Both the position numbers and the translations under genes were made by a program. A stretch of 64,000 nucleotides of DNA. Source: Octopus vulgaris (taxonomy: Eukaryota). The notes under the pieces were generated by a model. That model worked only from the letters and a program-made list of their open reading frames with translations. It was not told where the DNA came from and made no database searches. The stretch is taken from positions 1,984,001 to 2,048,000 of the forward strand of contig OX597819.1 in assembly GCA_951406725.2 (NCBI GenBank). The letters run 5' to 3'. This document shows positions 40,251-54,329 of the stretch, in pieces. Every line of letters begins with the position of its first letter. Position 1 is the first letter of the stretch.

Positions 40251-41010
40251 GGCGGCGAGCTGGCAGAAACGTTAGCACGCCGGGCGAAATGCTCACCGGT
40301 ATTTCGTCTGCCGTTACGTTCTGAGTTCAATTCCGCCGAGGTCGACTTTGCCTTTCGTCCTTTTGGAGTCGATAAATTAAGTACCAGTTACGCACTGGGG
40401 TCGATGTAATTGACTTAATCCGTTTGTCTGTCCTTGTTTGTCCCCTCTGTGTTTAGCCCTTTGTGGATAGTAAAGAAATAGGTATTTCGTCTGTCTTTAC
40501 AATATGAGTTCAAATTCCACCGAGATTGACTTTGCCTTTCATCCTTTCGGGGTCGATTGAATAAGTACCAGTTACGCACTGGTGTCGATATAATCGACTT
40601 TATCCGTTTGTCTGTCCTTGTTTGTCATCTCTGTGTTTAGCCCCTTGTGGGTAGTAAAGAAATAGGTATTTCGTCTGCCGTTACGTTCTGAGTTCAAATT
40701 CCGCCGAGGTTGACTTTTCCTTCCATCCTTTCGGGGTCGATAAATTAAGTACCAGTTACGCACTGGGGTCGATGTAATCGACTTTATCCGTTTGTCTGTC
40801 CTTGTTTGTTCCCTCTGTGCTTAGCCCCTTGTGTGTAGTAAAGAAATAGGTACTTCGCCAGTCGCTGTGTTCTGAGTTCAAATTCCGCCGAGGTCGACTT
40901 TGCCTTTCATTCTTTCGGGGTCGATAAATTAAGTGCCAATTACGCACTGGGATCGATGTAATTGACTGTCCCCTTCCCCAACATTTCAGGCCTTGTGCCT
41001 ATATTAGAAA
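40251..41010 (+). mobile_element. SINE family A tetramer (head plus 4 units of ~185 bp), preceded by (TTA)n
   Basis: Head ggcggcgagctggcagaaacgttagcacg; gagttcaa anchors near 40323, 40506, 40690 and 40874. Confidence 0.9.
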
Positions 41011-41029
41011 GTATTATTATTATTATTAT

Positions 41030-41220
41030 AAAGGTGACAGGTAAAATGTTTAGTGGCATTTCGTCCGTTTTTTTATTTCTGAGTTCAAATTCCACCAAGG
41101 TTGACTTTTATTCCTTTGATCTCTTTCTATAAAATAAGTACCAGCTGGGTACTGGAGTCGATGTAATCGACTTACCCCTTCCCCCCGAAATTACTGTCTT
41201 TGTACCAAAATTTTGAGCTA
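41030..41220 (+). mobile_element. Diverged SINE family A monomer
   Basis: ttctgagttcaaattccaccaaggttgac...aagtaccag...gtcgatgtaatcgac. Confidence 0.75.
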
Positions 41221-41376
41221 TTATTTCTTTTTTAGTGTGTACCATGTATACTTTCTTATTTTCATTTATTTATCGTTTCATATGTAAACTCCCACACTTT
41301 ATATCTGCCTTTGTATTGTCCCCCTCATATTTCACCCTTGTGGCAAATAAATGAAATCATCATCATCATCATCATC

Positions 41377-41472
<96 letters not shown>

Positions 41473-42642
41473 GCTGTAGTTGTCTTTCACTACAAACTCA
41501 TATATTATTTTTACGCTTTTCTTCGAAGAAAAGATGATTATTACGAGGAATTAACATATTACTAAACTTATTCACATATAGAAAACTTCGGAAAGTTTAG
41601 AGCATAGTTAAACAAGATTAACAGAAAAATGTTGTTTTTTTCTTTGACAAATTTTATTGCTTTCATGCAGTCTGAATACAAAAGAAATTACTACAAAAAC
41701 TCCGAGTCACGTTCATCGGAAGAGATAATGCAAAACCAAAACAGTCGCATGCACAACATACACATTGAAGAACAAGAAAATGTTATTCTCAAAAATACAC
41801 GTTGCAAAAGGAAAAATATTAATGACATTTTCATTAAGCTTACCACTTGTATAAACAATGCTAGTGTCTCTTTTATTACTGCGACATTCAAGTAGAGACT
41901 TGCTGACGGCGTTAAACTAAAGCACTAAGAATATTACAAATAGGGTCAGTTTTGTCTGCTGTGACAAGCCATATGAAAACTTTCAACAGAGAAACTTTCT
42001 TAAGGTAAGAAACATTCGGAAATAACATGGTACATGAAACGAAAGCTCTGTTTGAAAAATACAAAACAGATCTAGGGAACTCATCACTTATTTTTCTGGC
42101 TCATTTAAAAAGGCAAAATCTTCCAGTTATCTTTGAAATAGCTATTAGAGGAAGTTTTGCATAACATACCAATTGGAGGAACTATACCGTTTAAGTGTAT
42201 TAAGACTTGGGGAATCGCATGTCGGCTCTCAACTTGTGCCCCAATACAAGAGGTAGAAAAATGCTAAGTTGCTGGTCAATGCATCTGTAATTATGTTGAT
42301 CCGTAATTGGTTATAACCTTCGCATCACTACTGCGAGTTCATGATGGAATTTCAAGTCTTAGTAACCCCGAAAACCAAAAAGCCAAGCCGGTGAGTTCCC
42401 AGTTGAGAGTACAGAGTCAAAGGACAAGAAATTGGTGGTACAGAGCAAAACACTGAGTTGTTATACATCTGGAAGTGGAAACAATTTGATAGCATTTTGA
42501 CCTGAAACGTTGCTAAAACAGATGTAGCAACAAGGGCATCCATCCCACTTTTTTCTGGGTGGGTAATAAACGTCCTTCACATTTTTTTCCATGTTTTTTT
42601 TTCTTATTCTTCGTTGTCCAGGTTCCTTCTTTTTAAAATATA

Positions 42643-43033
42643 CTAGCAGTATCGCCCGGCGTTGCCCGAGTTTGTTTCGACCTTTAGAATTGGAATTTTT
42701 GAAAAGTAAAAAGTTTGCATTATGTAGCTTGTTATTCTCATTAAGAGAGCATTTTTCTGGTTGAAATACACCGAAAAATGGCGACACAGCAATCAAAAAA
42801 TCGTAAAAAATAGGGATTTTCATAGAAAAATAGCACCTTTTTATGTAAATAATTTTTGTGTTAACATGGTCCGATTTGAATTTTTTCTTCTCCGGAAGGA
42901 AGAGCAAGCCTTTGTCTATCATACTCTCAATTTTGGTCAACTTGTGCCGCAGGGCCTCGGAGGAGATAGTGTTAGTTGAAGGCTACCAAACCTGCCATAC
43001 GCAGACAACTTCAGCTTTATATAAAGAGAGAGA
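42643..43033 (-). mobile_element. Non-autonomous Helitron, family H1, complete
   Basis: Minus strand runs A|TCTCTCTCTTTAT...cgggcaacgccgggcgatactgCTAG|T, inserted at an AT site with no TSD. Confidence 0.85.
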
Positions 43034-43694
43034 TAACGCATTAACAGAGTCTGAAAGATTGCTTTAAGATACATGGCGTATTTTATGATACTTGCCAGTT
43101 CAAGTATCATAAAATCGTGAATCTGTTAACAGTTATTTCAGTTGTGTATTAAACTGATATATATATATATATGTATATATATGTGTGAGTGTACAAAACT
43201 TTTATCTCGCTAAATTATTTACATTCATTGTTTGCATAATTGTTTGTTATATTTCAAGGGTAGTTTTAGTAAAAAGGCTACAAACAAGTTAAACGACATA
43301 CTGGGACAAGCTTTTCGAGGGGTTTTGTCAGCGATATCATTCACTGAAATATAGGCATTAAAATCCGAGGATTTTTCCAGTCATTCCTTGGCATGAGTGA
43401 TGAATATGAATAGCGTTTAACGTGTGTAGATCATTGTCATTTTTGATAGAGCAGGCTAACCAGTGATTAAATAGGATAATAGTTGAAAAAAACATCTATA
43501 ATTAAGTTTTCTTTATAGTTTTAGCCTCAATAAAAGTTTAAAACAATTCATACAAAACGTTTCTTTTTATTTAATACTCTTAATACTCCGATTCCCCACA
43601 ATATTTTCAATACGTTCATTAACCTTGCTTCAGAAATCTATATCAAGTAAATGGACTGAATGTGATGCCCATGCATTTCTTAAACACTCATTTC

Positions 43695-43772
<78 letters not shown>

Positions 43773-44389
43773 CCTGCTAATTTAGACGGGGCAGGTATGC
43801 TAATTATTATAATTGTACTTCGGGTTGAGCAAGACAACTTGAAGAACTGGGTTTAGTATGATTGTATATTATGATAAATTTATGAGTAGAAGACTTTGGA
43901 AGTTTCACTGAGCACCTTTTGCCTTGTTGTAGTAAAATAACGTTTGTCTTCGGGCATATTAACTTGTATATTTTGATTTTCATTTATTTGTATTTCAGCA
44001 TTTCTTCATGTGTGAAGGTGGTAACTTTAATAGTGGAGGCATTGAACGCCATCTAAACAGAAATCCGTGAAAATGTATTAACATGATTTAAGAAAATAAA
44101 ACACTGAAAAATAAGAAAAAGTGAATGATGCTGAACAAATAGATACATACGGGGGGAAATAATGATTTTAACAAAATATATGTAAATATTACTTTCAAAG
44201 TTTGGAGTGAGTAGGCGAAGAACGAAGCAAACGAAAGCAACGCGGACACTTCGTCACAAGAAACTATTAATGAAAATGAAAACACATATGCAAGCCTTAT
44301 CTGTCAAGGGAAATCTTTGGCTTGGATAGAATAGAATCCTGTCCGTTCAAGAGCGGTTTGGTCTCGAGTGAAATAAAATGTCACATGAT

Positions 44390-44600
44390 GATGTATCACG
44401 AAAGAGTATGTCGCGAAATTGTGTCACAAAACAGTGTCACGAAACAGTGTCACGAAACAGTGTCACAAAACAGTGTCACGAAACAGAGCGCTACGAGAGT
44501 GTTACAAAATAATGCATGACAAAAATAAAGTGTTAGAAAATAATATCAGAAAAGAATGTGTCGCAAAATAGTGAGTCAGAAAAGAGATTATCAAAAATTA
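44390..44600. repeat. 13-bp minisatellite CAGTGTCACRAAA (about 5 clean units, 44421-44486) with degenerate flanking units
   Basis: Directly visible. Confidence 0.85.
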
Positions 44601-45199
44601 ATGTGCTTCGTTGCTAGACGAATTCAACGAAGAATGGTCAAGGATACAAGTGACGTACGTTTACCACGCGAAAAGTAGAGGTCGTTCACTATACCTCACG
44701 AGATAATTATGGAAGCTCTGTACGAGACCAAAGAGATGAGGCTACCTGCAAATACGGTGCGATATATGGAAATGTCTGTCACGTTTTCAAAATTGAGGGC
44801 GTGGTAACAAGCAGGAGAGGTAGAGCTAATCCATCGCGCCTGGTTTGATACAACTACCTGGCATATTCAGTACCTTTAACGAAGTCCACACAGTTGCAAG
44901 CGTTCGCATAGATCTCTGGTATGAAAATATCTTATTCCTTCCTTTCCACCAGTTTCAGTTTCAGAGACTACAAAAGTTCATAGCTCTGTCTTCCCGCAAA
45001 ACTAAATGATAAAATAATTTCATTCGCATATTATATTGATTTAATATAAGTTATGTATGTTGTATATTGCCCATTATATTTACACATAATAATTTAAATA
45101 TATTATTATTGTTCTCATACAGATTTATAGATTTTTATCTATTTAGAGTGTTTCTGTTAATTTTTAGTCTCATAGTTCTGCAACACTTTTCAGGTTACA

Positions 45200-45700
45200 T
45201 GCAGAAGTCTTTAATTGATTCATAGCCTGTTTGAAGTAAGGAGCCAGGTTGGTGGCATTCTTTGCATTCAGTTTCAAGCCATCTATACAAGAGAAATGAT
45301 TTATTGGTTTTCTTATTGCAGATGTAGTTGCCTGAAGTTCGTTTCAATATATCTGTTACAGGTGTCAATGTTAGACAAACAAATGTAGGGGCAATAGATC
45401 TCAATGGAAATTCTCTTATGAGGAATGCATTTGTAGTTATTTTATTTTAGGTCTTTTCTTTTGTTGCATTACTTTTGCTGTCAAATATTCTATAGCATTA
45501 ACGTATCTCTTCAAGTTTGGAAGTACATCATTAATTTGAAGCGCTTTCAATGTACAAATATTAGGAATGCAATCAAACTATTGTCTATGAATATTCCACG
45601 CCTGTCTTATCTTTTTCCTTCTATCAATGAGAAGTTGTCATTTATATTTATATATCTCATCCCACAGCATTTCTTCTTCCCTGGTAATGTTTTTTTTTAT
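45200..45700 (-). mobile_element. R4/Dong-clade RT remnant
   Basis: LTLTPVTDILKR...INHFSCIDGLKLNAK, a decayed version of INHLLYMDDLKLYAK. Confidence 0.55.
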
Positions 45701-46368
45701 TGGTGCGCATAAATGTTGATAAAGAATATTGATGTAAATATTTTGTATGATACTGATCTGCAGGTTATTGTTTGTAGCTGTTGTTTAGCCCCACGTTAGT
45801 CCTGAAGAAGCAGATATGTTCCAGCTTTGATCCGTAATATATGTTTTAGCTTTGATCAACCCATATATATTTTATTGATTACACTATACAGTGTGTCCTT
45901 CATTTTTGAAAATAATAAGGTAGGATCTGTGGTAGTATTGATTACTATATCTAACAGGTCGAATGGCCAAGTAGAAACTTTTCCCTTTTAAGGTGAACAG
46001 CAGTGGTGTCCTGTATTCTATGTATAATATCCTCCCTATCATTCAATAACCAAAAGAAGTATTACATGTAGATACTCTAGAAAATCTTTTCAAATGTTTT
46101 GTGTGTACCAGTGATATTTTCTCATTCAGACATTCCAGTTACTTCGTTTCGTTGAATCACATTGCTGACCTGTCTCCTTGCTTATTTATCTAGTTTCAAC
46201 TCAAGCTGTGGCCATGCTGGGGCACCGCCTTGCTTATTTATCTCTATCATTTGTCTCGTCAATTTTGTTACCATCAAGTGAGAACGACAACGGGGTAGCT
46301 CTAGAAACTGTATGACAGCTTAATGATTTGTATGTAGCCACGTATTAATATTGTTGCTGTTGTTATAA

Positions 46369-46950
46369 AGGCGGCGAACTGGCAGAAAGGTTAGCACGCT
46401 GGGCGAAATGCTTAGCAGTATTTCGTCTGCCGCTACGTTCTGAGTTCAAATTCCACCGAGGTCGACTTTGCTTTTCATCCTTTCGGGGTCGATTAAATAA
46501 GTAGCAGTTACGCACTAGGGTCGATATAATCGACTTAATCCCTTTGTCTGTCCTTGTATGTCCTCTCTGTGTTTAGCCCCTTGTGGGCAATAAAGAAATA
46601 GGTATTTCGTCTGCTGCTACGTTCTGAGTTCAAATTTCGCCGAGGTCGACTTTGCCTTTCATCCTTTCGGGGTCGATTGAATAAGTACCAGTTACGCACT
46701 TACGCACTGGGGTCGATATAATCGACTTAATCCCTTTGTCTGTCCTTGTTTGTCCTCTCTGTGTTTAGCCCCTTGTGGGTAGTAAAGAAATAGGTATTTC
46801 GTCTTCTGCTACGTTCTGAGTTCAAATTCCGCCGAGGTCGACTTTGCCTTTCATCCTTTCGGCGTCGATAAGCACCAGTGAAACACTGGGATAGATGTAA
46901 TCAACTAGTCCCCTACCCCGAAATTTCAGGCCTTGTGCCTGTAGTAGAAA
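46369..46950 (+). mobile_element. SINE family A trimer
   Basis: Head ggcggcgaactggcagaaagg; gttctgagttcaaat near 46437, 46621 and 46813. Confidence 0.9.
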
Positions 46951-46977
46951 TGATTATTACTATTATTTTTATAGTTA

Positions 46978-47145
46978 AGGCGGTGAACTGGCAGAATCCT
47001 TAGCACACCGGGAAAAACGCCTAGCGGCATTTCGCCCGTCCCTACTTTCTGAGTTCAAATTCCGCAGAGGTCGACTTTGCCTTTCATCCTTTCGGAGTCG
47101 ATAAAATAAGTACCAGTTGAATACAGGAGTCGACGTAATCGATAA
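46978..47145 (+). mobile_element. SINE family A monomer, 3' truncated
   Basis: ggcggtgaactggcagaatc...gtcgactttgcctttcatcctttcggagtcgataaaataagtaccag. Confidence 0.85.
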
Positions 47146-47149
47146 ATCT

Positions 47150-47435
47150 ACACAGTGGGATTCCTCGATTATCCCTAGAGACATTCCTGTATCAGGAGGG
47201 CCACATCTCTATCACCTTCCCTGCCTTTTTTTACCTTTGTATGCTATACATATGTCCCTTACCTAGTCTGTCATGTATTGTGATGACTGTATTCAACGAG
47301 GACTGGGCAGCCAGAAACAACATGATCAATTGTCTCTGAATTTTTCGAAAAATCTGCACGAGGGTAGGTAAGCTCTGATCTTGTGCTGTAATAACAAAAC
47401 CTGTTTCTCCTTTCAAGCCTTTCCCTTGTAGTCAT
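47150..47435 (-). mobile_element. R4/Dong-clade 3' fragment
   Basis: KGETGFVITAQDQSLPT; ETIDHVVSGCPVL; HDRLG. Confidence 0.75.
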
Positions 47436-47457
47436 TGGTGTTGTTATTATTATTATT

Positions 47458-47499
<42 letters not shown>

Positions 47500-48699
47500 A
47501 TTGACTGCAAACTCTTTTCAGACGTAGGGAAAATTTAAGATAACTCAATGATTCTAATATATATCTGAAGGAATTATGTTTTATTTTACACAGGGACGTT
47601 TATTGAGAATTTTGAAAATGTAGACCGCACTGGGCTATGACAATAAATCGACGATTTCCAATGATTTTATTTTTCTTTCATTGTATAACTCCAAGTTAAT
47701 GATACGTCACGAGCTTATGGTACCAATTTCGTGCATCAAATTCTAACATAACTGAAATGATTCTTCTCCTGGTTTGATATCATCACCTTGCTATGGGTTC
47801 CCAATGTGTTACCAGCATTCGGACCACGCTGCCTGATGAGGTAACTTTCTCATATCTTGATACCAATAACAGATCTTTTCAAAAATGTGGTTAGTGCTGT
47901 CATTCCTCCTCTAACTCATTAAAATATAAATTGAAAGTATTCTACGTAATATGTATGCATAACATAAGAGTACTAATTTTATTGGAGTCTAGTCTTATTA
48001 TTCCTTGCATTTTCTTTAATCATTTTTAAGGAACCACTCATTTTCAGGTATGCTTTATGCTCACAATCTGACATTTTAAGTCTTTAGAATGTAGATAATT
48101 ACTCCAATTCCTTTTGAGATATATGATTGGATTTTGGAACTGATACATCATTCAATCAAGTGAAGCTACTTTTCCTGATAGTTTTCACACCAATTACTGA
48201 TCGAAATGGGCAAAATTACCTGAATAAAATAACTCCAACACTGCCATGTATGAATTTCTTTCTTTTGCCAATGGGTGGAGAACCAGAAACTAAGTTACTA
48301 ATTATTTCTTATAACTTATAACTTGAATATAACCTACGTTGTTCTGTTTGGTATTATACTTCATTATACATTTTTGGTAGTTTAATGCGAGAAGTCTTGT
48401 GCCTCAAACAAAAACCATCCTTACACTTCCCGTCTGAGTTAAAGTTGAGATTTTTTCCCCTACCACTTCTGCTTAACTTGGTCTTGCAGAGAATTATTTT
48501 AACAGCGTCTGAATATGGCATCCGACAGCATCTGAATCAGTAGTGCCATTCTAGCTAAGTCATGTTAATCCTTTAGCAATTTTGGTTGATACCTATTATT
48601 TCTCTTCAAAAGCTATTACTTCAATCTCTATTTTATATATATATTAGCTTTCCTCGAGAATGAGAGCATATTTTTCTGCATTGTTTCCAGTTATTCTTT

Positions 48700-49480
48700 A
48701 CTAGATATTTATATATTTTCTTTCTGTCTAAATGTAGATATGTGTGAAAACAGAAGATCCTTATTCCCCTCTATTAATATTTGCGTCGAATTGGCATTGT
48801 ATATTCTAAACCAGGCCTTTATTTTACAAGTTTTCTCGTCTAATCTTGCTCTTTCATTTAACGAAACCTTGATTTATAATGGAAACAACTTAATGTATTG
48901 GTGCCTATTTCCTTTTCACTTTTAAGTAATAATCTAATGAGACTGCATTTTTTCTTCTTAAGTTTTCCTTCATTTCCCTATGTGTTTAACTCTAGTCCAC
49001 TAAATCCTAAGTAATTATTTTTGATTAGTTTAATTCTCTTTAATTTATTTATTTCGTTATCTTTACATGAGAAATATTTATTAATTGTCGTCAATTCAAT
49101 GTTTCTTTGACCCATTTTTCTCGACATAATTTCTTAAAATTCCTCTTGTGAATCTGTGAACCGTCTGCAACAATATTTTCTAGTTATTCATTATCTGCAG
49201 AATAAAACTTGTCATCTAAATGCAAAACATAGTAGATTCTCTTCCTTTAGAATTTGTAACTGAGTTCCAGCTTGTTTGACATATTGGGTAAAGGGTTCAA
49301 CTTAACACAGAAAAGAAGTGAAGAGAGTAGGAGACCTCATTAACATTTGAACATTCCATATTCTTATCGGTGATTAAAGACTTCAGACCTGTGTAAATTC
49401 AATTAGATCATCCAGATGTGTTGTATTATTTAGCTAGTCTCATATTTCAAATCCCACAACGCAAGTTTCTTTTACGTGTA
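48700..49480 (-). mobile_element. Ancient R4/Dong-like RT remnant
   Basis: YVLHLDDKF near 49205-49235, with a decayed SLSPLLF/L.PL-like segment upstream on the minus strand. Confidence 0.4.
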
Positions 49481-52400
49481 TTCTGAAGAAATAAGCATAA
49501 AAGAGATGTTGGAACTGGTTCAAGTGACTGTTAACTCTTCTTTATAAATCTGGTCTTGTGCCCAGCCAAAAATGATCATAATTATATATTTTGTGCTTTG
49601 TTTTCTCATTTTTCACTTTCTGAAATTTGTGCAATTCACATTTCCTTTCTTTGATTACCTAACTGAAATAATTTCAACAAAATAATATTCCCCGACAATC
49701 AGTATAGGTCATTTTACTTTTGCGAATCTGTCTTTCAATCAAGACATTTATAGCAATTAGGTAATTATAATCATTCCCTATCGACCATTACAGTTGCATC
49801 TTTCTGCGTTAACGGTGTTATGTTTCAGCTGGTCCAGTCGATACGGAGGCGAATTGCCAGTTCAAGACTTCACTGCTTGTGTAACGTCTCTAATGTCAAG
49901 ATACTTATCTCTCATATTTCCTATTTACACTTAGCTGTTTGCAAGGAAGAAACTGTTTAACTGTTTCGTTAGCTTGCATTATTGAGAGAAAAAGAATTCG
50001 ATAACTACTTATACGCAAGGTAGATTTCAGAATGCTAAGAGATAGGCATGCACGTCTTAAAACAATGACAAAAAAGAAAATGATAATGAACATGAAAAAG
50101 AATTTACATAATTCTTAGCAGATATATTGTTTAGGTTCCTTTTTTAATTAAAAACCAGTATCATATCCTGTAAAACCAGGTGGCCTTTGATTGACCAGTG
50201 GCAACATTATTTTCGAGGTTTACCTCAAAAGATTACAACACTTTACTTGGCTATTGATTACAGTAAGAACTCACTTCCGGGGGTGAGTAATATATGTGAA
50301 ATTGCTGAACCACGAATCAAATCAATAATATTGCTAAAGGTGAGTTTATTGTCATACGCTCAGTCAAAGAATGTAGAAAATCATAGACAGACTTAATAAC
50401 CGGGCCTCTTAGTGATGACTATTTTACCCTTAAGTGCTTTCTATTTGTGCAAGTATGAGTGTAGCGATTGTAGCACAACAAATGATATAATGCACATATG
50501 AAATGAAAAAACGGGAACCTCCCGTAAAACTTAATGCATCGATGGATCATTTCTTCTGTAGTTGGAAAATAAAAGTACCAATAATTGAACTGGACGTGCC
50601 GATTCATAGCAATCATGCAAACATCGACACGAGTTGCAGTAATTGCAAAATCTCATACGGATTTTCAATTCACACACACACACACATATATATCGTCGTC
50701 GTCGTCGTCATCATCATCATCATCATCATTACCATCATCATCATCATTTCATAATCTTTAAAATCGAAATTTTGCAAACGCTATTTGGAAAGTTATCTAC
50801 GGGATTAATTCCTTTCATATTTATATTCTATCATGCGTAGACTATTAAATGCTAGCCCAGAACTTTGGTGATATGTAAAAAAAAAAAAGAAGCTGATATT
50901 TCATGATAAAATGGGTTTGGGATATATTATGGACGTATATAGATTAAACAATTTATCCACAAATATATTGATATATTCTAAATCTATCTGAGGTGTTAAA
51001 TCAGTTCTAATAATTACTTGTAACATTTAAAAACAATAACGACATTTTTATGTATTATTTCACACGAGAGTATTTACAAGCCGATAGACAGGGTAAGCAG
51101 AAACTTGATAAGCACACTTCTATAAGATAACCGAAGCATGGTTCAATTAAATTTGATGTATTTAATTCCAAAAATATATGCTTCGGTACACAAGTTAATA
51201 AATTATGAAATTCAAACGACCATATATAGAGAAATTTTTTTAAAATAATAATATTAATACTTCTGAAGAACATCATTTCACAAAATACGTCTTAAGGGGA
51301 AACTGTATATGAAAAAAGGTACCCAATGGCAATCAGTCTAATAAGATACCCAAATCAAAGATACATAAAATTAATATAATGAATTAATTATACTGTTCTT
51401 ACGTGATCAAAATACTTTGTGTATTCCGTGGCGCCCCAGCATCCTTAACCAAAGGTGATACTACCTTTCGTGCTCCCGGGATAGATAAGTACTAATCAAG
51501 TTCCAGGATCTGTATAAACATGTGTTCCTGTTCCCTAAATTGCGTCACATTGTGATTAATATTAAAATGAAAAGAGCACAATAACGAGAAAAGGATATTC
51601 TGTTTGATTGCCTTACAATAAATTAGAGTAAAAATATTGTGGAAAAACTAAAACATGAAAGACAATTGACTCAGAGAAAACGGGTGGTGATGTGCGTCGT
51701 AAAATTTCGTACGTTTAAAGAAATTTACGGGACATAGCAGTAAGAGGAATATATTTCAGTACTGACCTATCGTCTGAATTTTTCAAGATTCTTTTTCTCT
51801 CAGACAAAAGTCCCGGCATGTAACATTTCTCATCTCGCCACAGAGATTTACCGAAGAAATAACCTTAAACGAAAGATAGATAGTTTTGCATAAAAAAGAA
51901 CCTTTTAATCTCCAGTATTCTCCCCATTTATTGCTGTCTTCCGAAACATTTCTTGTTGAAATGAAAATGAGAAATTACATCAAATTCCAAAATGATGAAT
52001 TAAATTGACTCTAGGACAGAAAAGATATTTAGAAAAGTTTAAATAAATTTTCTTTAATATAAAATGATAATTGTTTTAAATTTTAGCACAAGACTAGGGG
52101 TTTTAGAATGCATTAGTCTGTTACATCTACTCCAGTACTTCCCTGATACTTTATTTCATCGACCCCAAAAAGGTTACCTCGGTGATATTTGAACTCAGAA
52201 CATAAAAAGCGCGTAAACGCTTCAGAAATTTACGTAAAGAGCTTCTGATTTTTTGTTCACGTCATTACAACAGAATACGGGTTACTTTTAAGATCCGAGA
52301 GAGCTTGTACGTGGTCGCTCAAAATGTTAAATGATCCTCAGCTTACACCGCACCATCGTTAAAAAATAGAGTAGACACTACATAATATGGTCCTAGACAC

Positions 52401-54329
52401 ATACATTCTGAAATTGATAAGAAGCGTCTAGAACTAAAATGCAGCTATAGACAACATTTTATGAGGCACAAAGGTCATATAATTGAAAGTAATGTAATAT
52501 TGATTTTTTAAAATCAATATTTCATTACACAATTCTTATATTTAAGGAAAATAGGTAAATGGCTTTGTTTGCAATATATGTTAATATCCGTGTCAACCAA
52601 GAATCGAAGCGGGAAGACTGTTCCGACTAGCTATTAGTTAACTTCATGTTCTGCAGTCTCTACAATATTGTAAATTATTTAGCCACGCTCTGTATTTTCT
52701 TCCATTTTCAACTGCAGGTAACATAATTTTATAATTACTTTTTTTTATTGTATTATGTTATTGGTTTATTTTTGCGGAAACACAAGGCCTTAAATACAAA
52801 ATGGGAAGATATAAGTTAGTGTGACGTCAAATATTTTGTCAATCGATACAAAGTGAAATATTTACAATATGGATTCGAAACCATCTATCGTATTTGGATT
52901 AGCTCCAACACCACAACATTTCTCTTCCCCAGCTGCATAATAAACAGTGAAAATAAACAAGTATATTTACAACCTCATGTTTAAATTATAGAAATAATTC
53001 CATCTGTTTAAAATAAGTCTAATATCAGAAAACTGGGTTGGGGAGATTTGATACTTCAATTTTGATTAAATAATCATCTCATCTGCTTACTATTTATGAC
53101 ATAAGAATGCGCTCATCAGATTAGAGAGATAATCGCTTGGATAGTCGGATTGTAAGCGACTGCGATTAGAGATGTGCAGTTCAATAACTTCAATTTCTCT
53201 TTCACATTCAAAGGAAATAATAGTTTTGTATACAGTCTACAACAACAAATGTCTGTAGTTTGCTGTATTGATGCCATTGTAGTGAAGGCCTACAGAGACG
53301 GACTTTTTTGCTGCATAACTAACTTTAAAAATCGATTGTGTTAATACTGTGAATCTATAAAAAAATGTAATTGAAATACTTATTTTGAGAAAGGTTTTGA
53401 ACTGTGAGTGTGAGCTATCGAGTTAATGCAAATGAAAAATAATGTGAGTTATGTATGATTATTTGGAGCTAATTATCTATGCATCATGCATTAAATATGT
53501 TAATATTAAATTACCTAGTGTTTTTCATGCGAATAGAGTCACTGAATAATTTAGCATGTTATTGTTAGACTTACTGCCTCCAACACCAATTAATGCAAAG
53601 GGCCTTCACACTTTCTTACTAAACTTGCTTACTCTATGCCTCTGTAACAACCTCCACTTGTTTGTGACCTCTTCTTTCTCTCTACATTGTTCAAAGCCAA
53701 GTAGACCAAGGTGTTATTGCTTTTGGTCTGAAGCCCGTAACTCTGCCTTCCTAATTCATTCTTCATCATTTCTTGCATCCCTAAGTTCTGAGTTCAACTC
53801 CTGCTGTTATCAACTTTGTTTCTAAACCTTCCCAGTTTGATAAAATAAACTACCATCTAACTCTAGGATAGATATAATTGACCAAATTTCGGTCTTGTGC
53901 TTCTATTACAAACAATTATTTCCTTATTAAAAATGGCATTCTGGTTATTGTCGAACCAATTCATTTCCTACTAATTCATACCACTTGATCCAAAAATGCT
54001 TCGTAACGATATCTTTTCAAAGACTCCAAAACATTTAGCTAATTTTAGACTGCTTAAGCCATGATTCTCTTCTATATATTAAAGTGCCTATAAATGACGC
54101 AAACAGCTTAATTTTCGTGTAAAACACCGACCTAAGTGATTTGTATGTATTTGAAAGCATTTTCATTGATAATGATTACTTAAAACTTACATTATATTGT
54201 GTTTCTAAAGAACTATGACGTTCTATAAAACTTCTAACACATTTAAACTTATTTGACTCTTCTATTATGTTATGACAACTCCATTCCTCTGTCTACTTGC
54301 TCAGTCCTAACAACTTTCGTTTTTTTTAT

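Noticed and set aside
40251-41010. CRISPR-like regular repeats
   Set aside because: The whole 185-bp unit repeats with no unique spacers and no cas genes; it is a SINE multimer in eukaryotic DNA.
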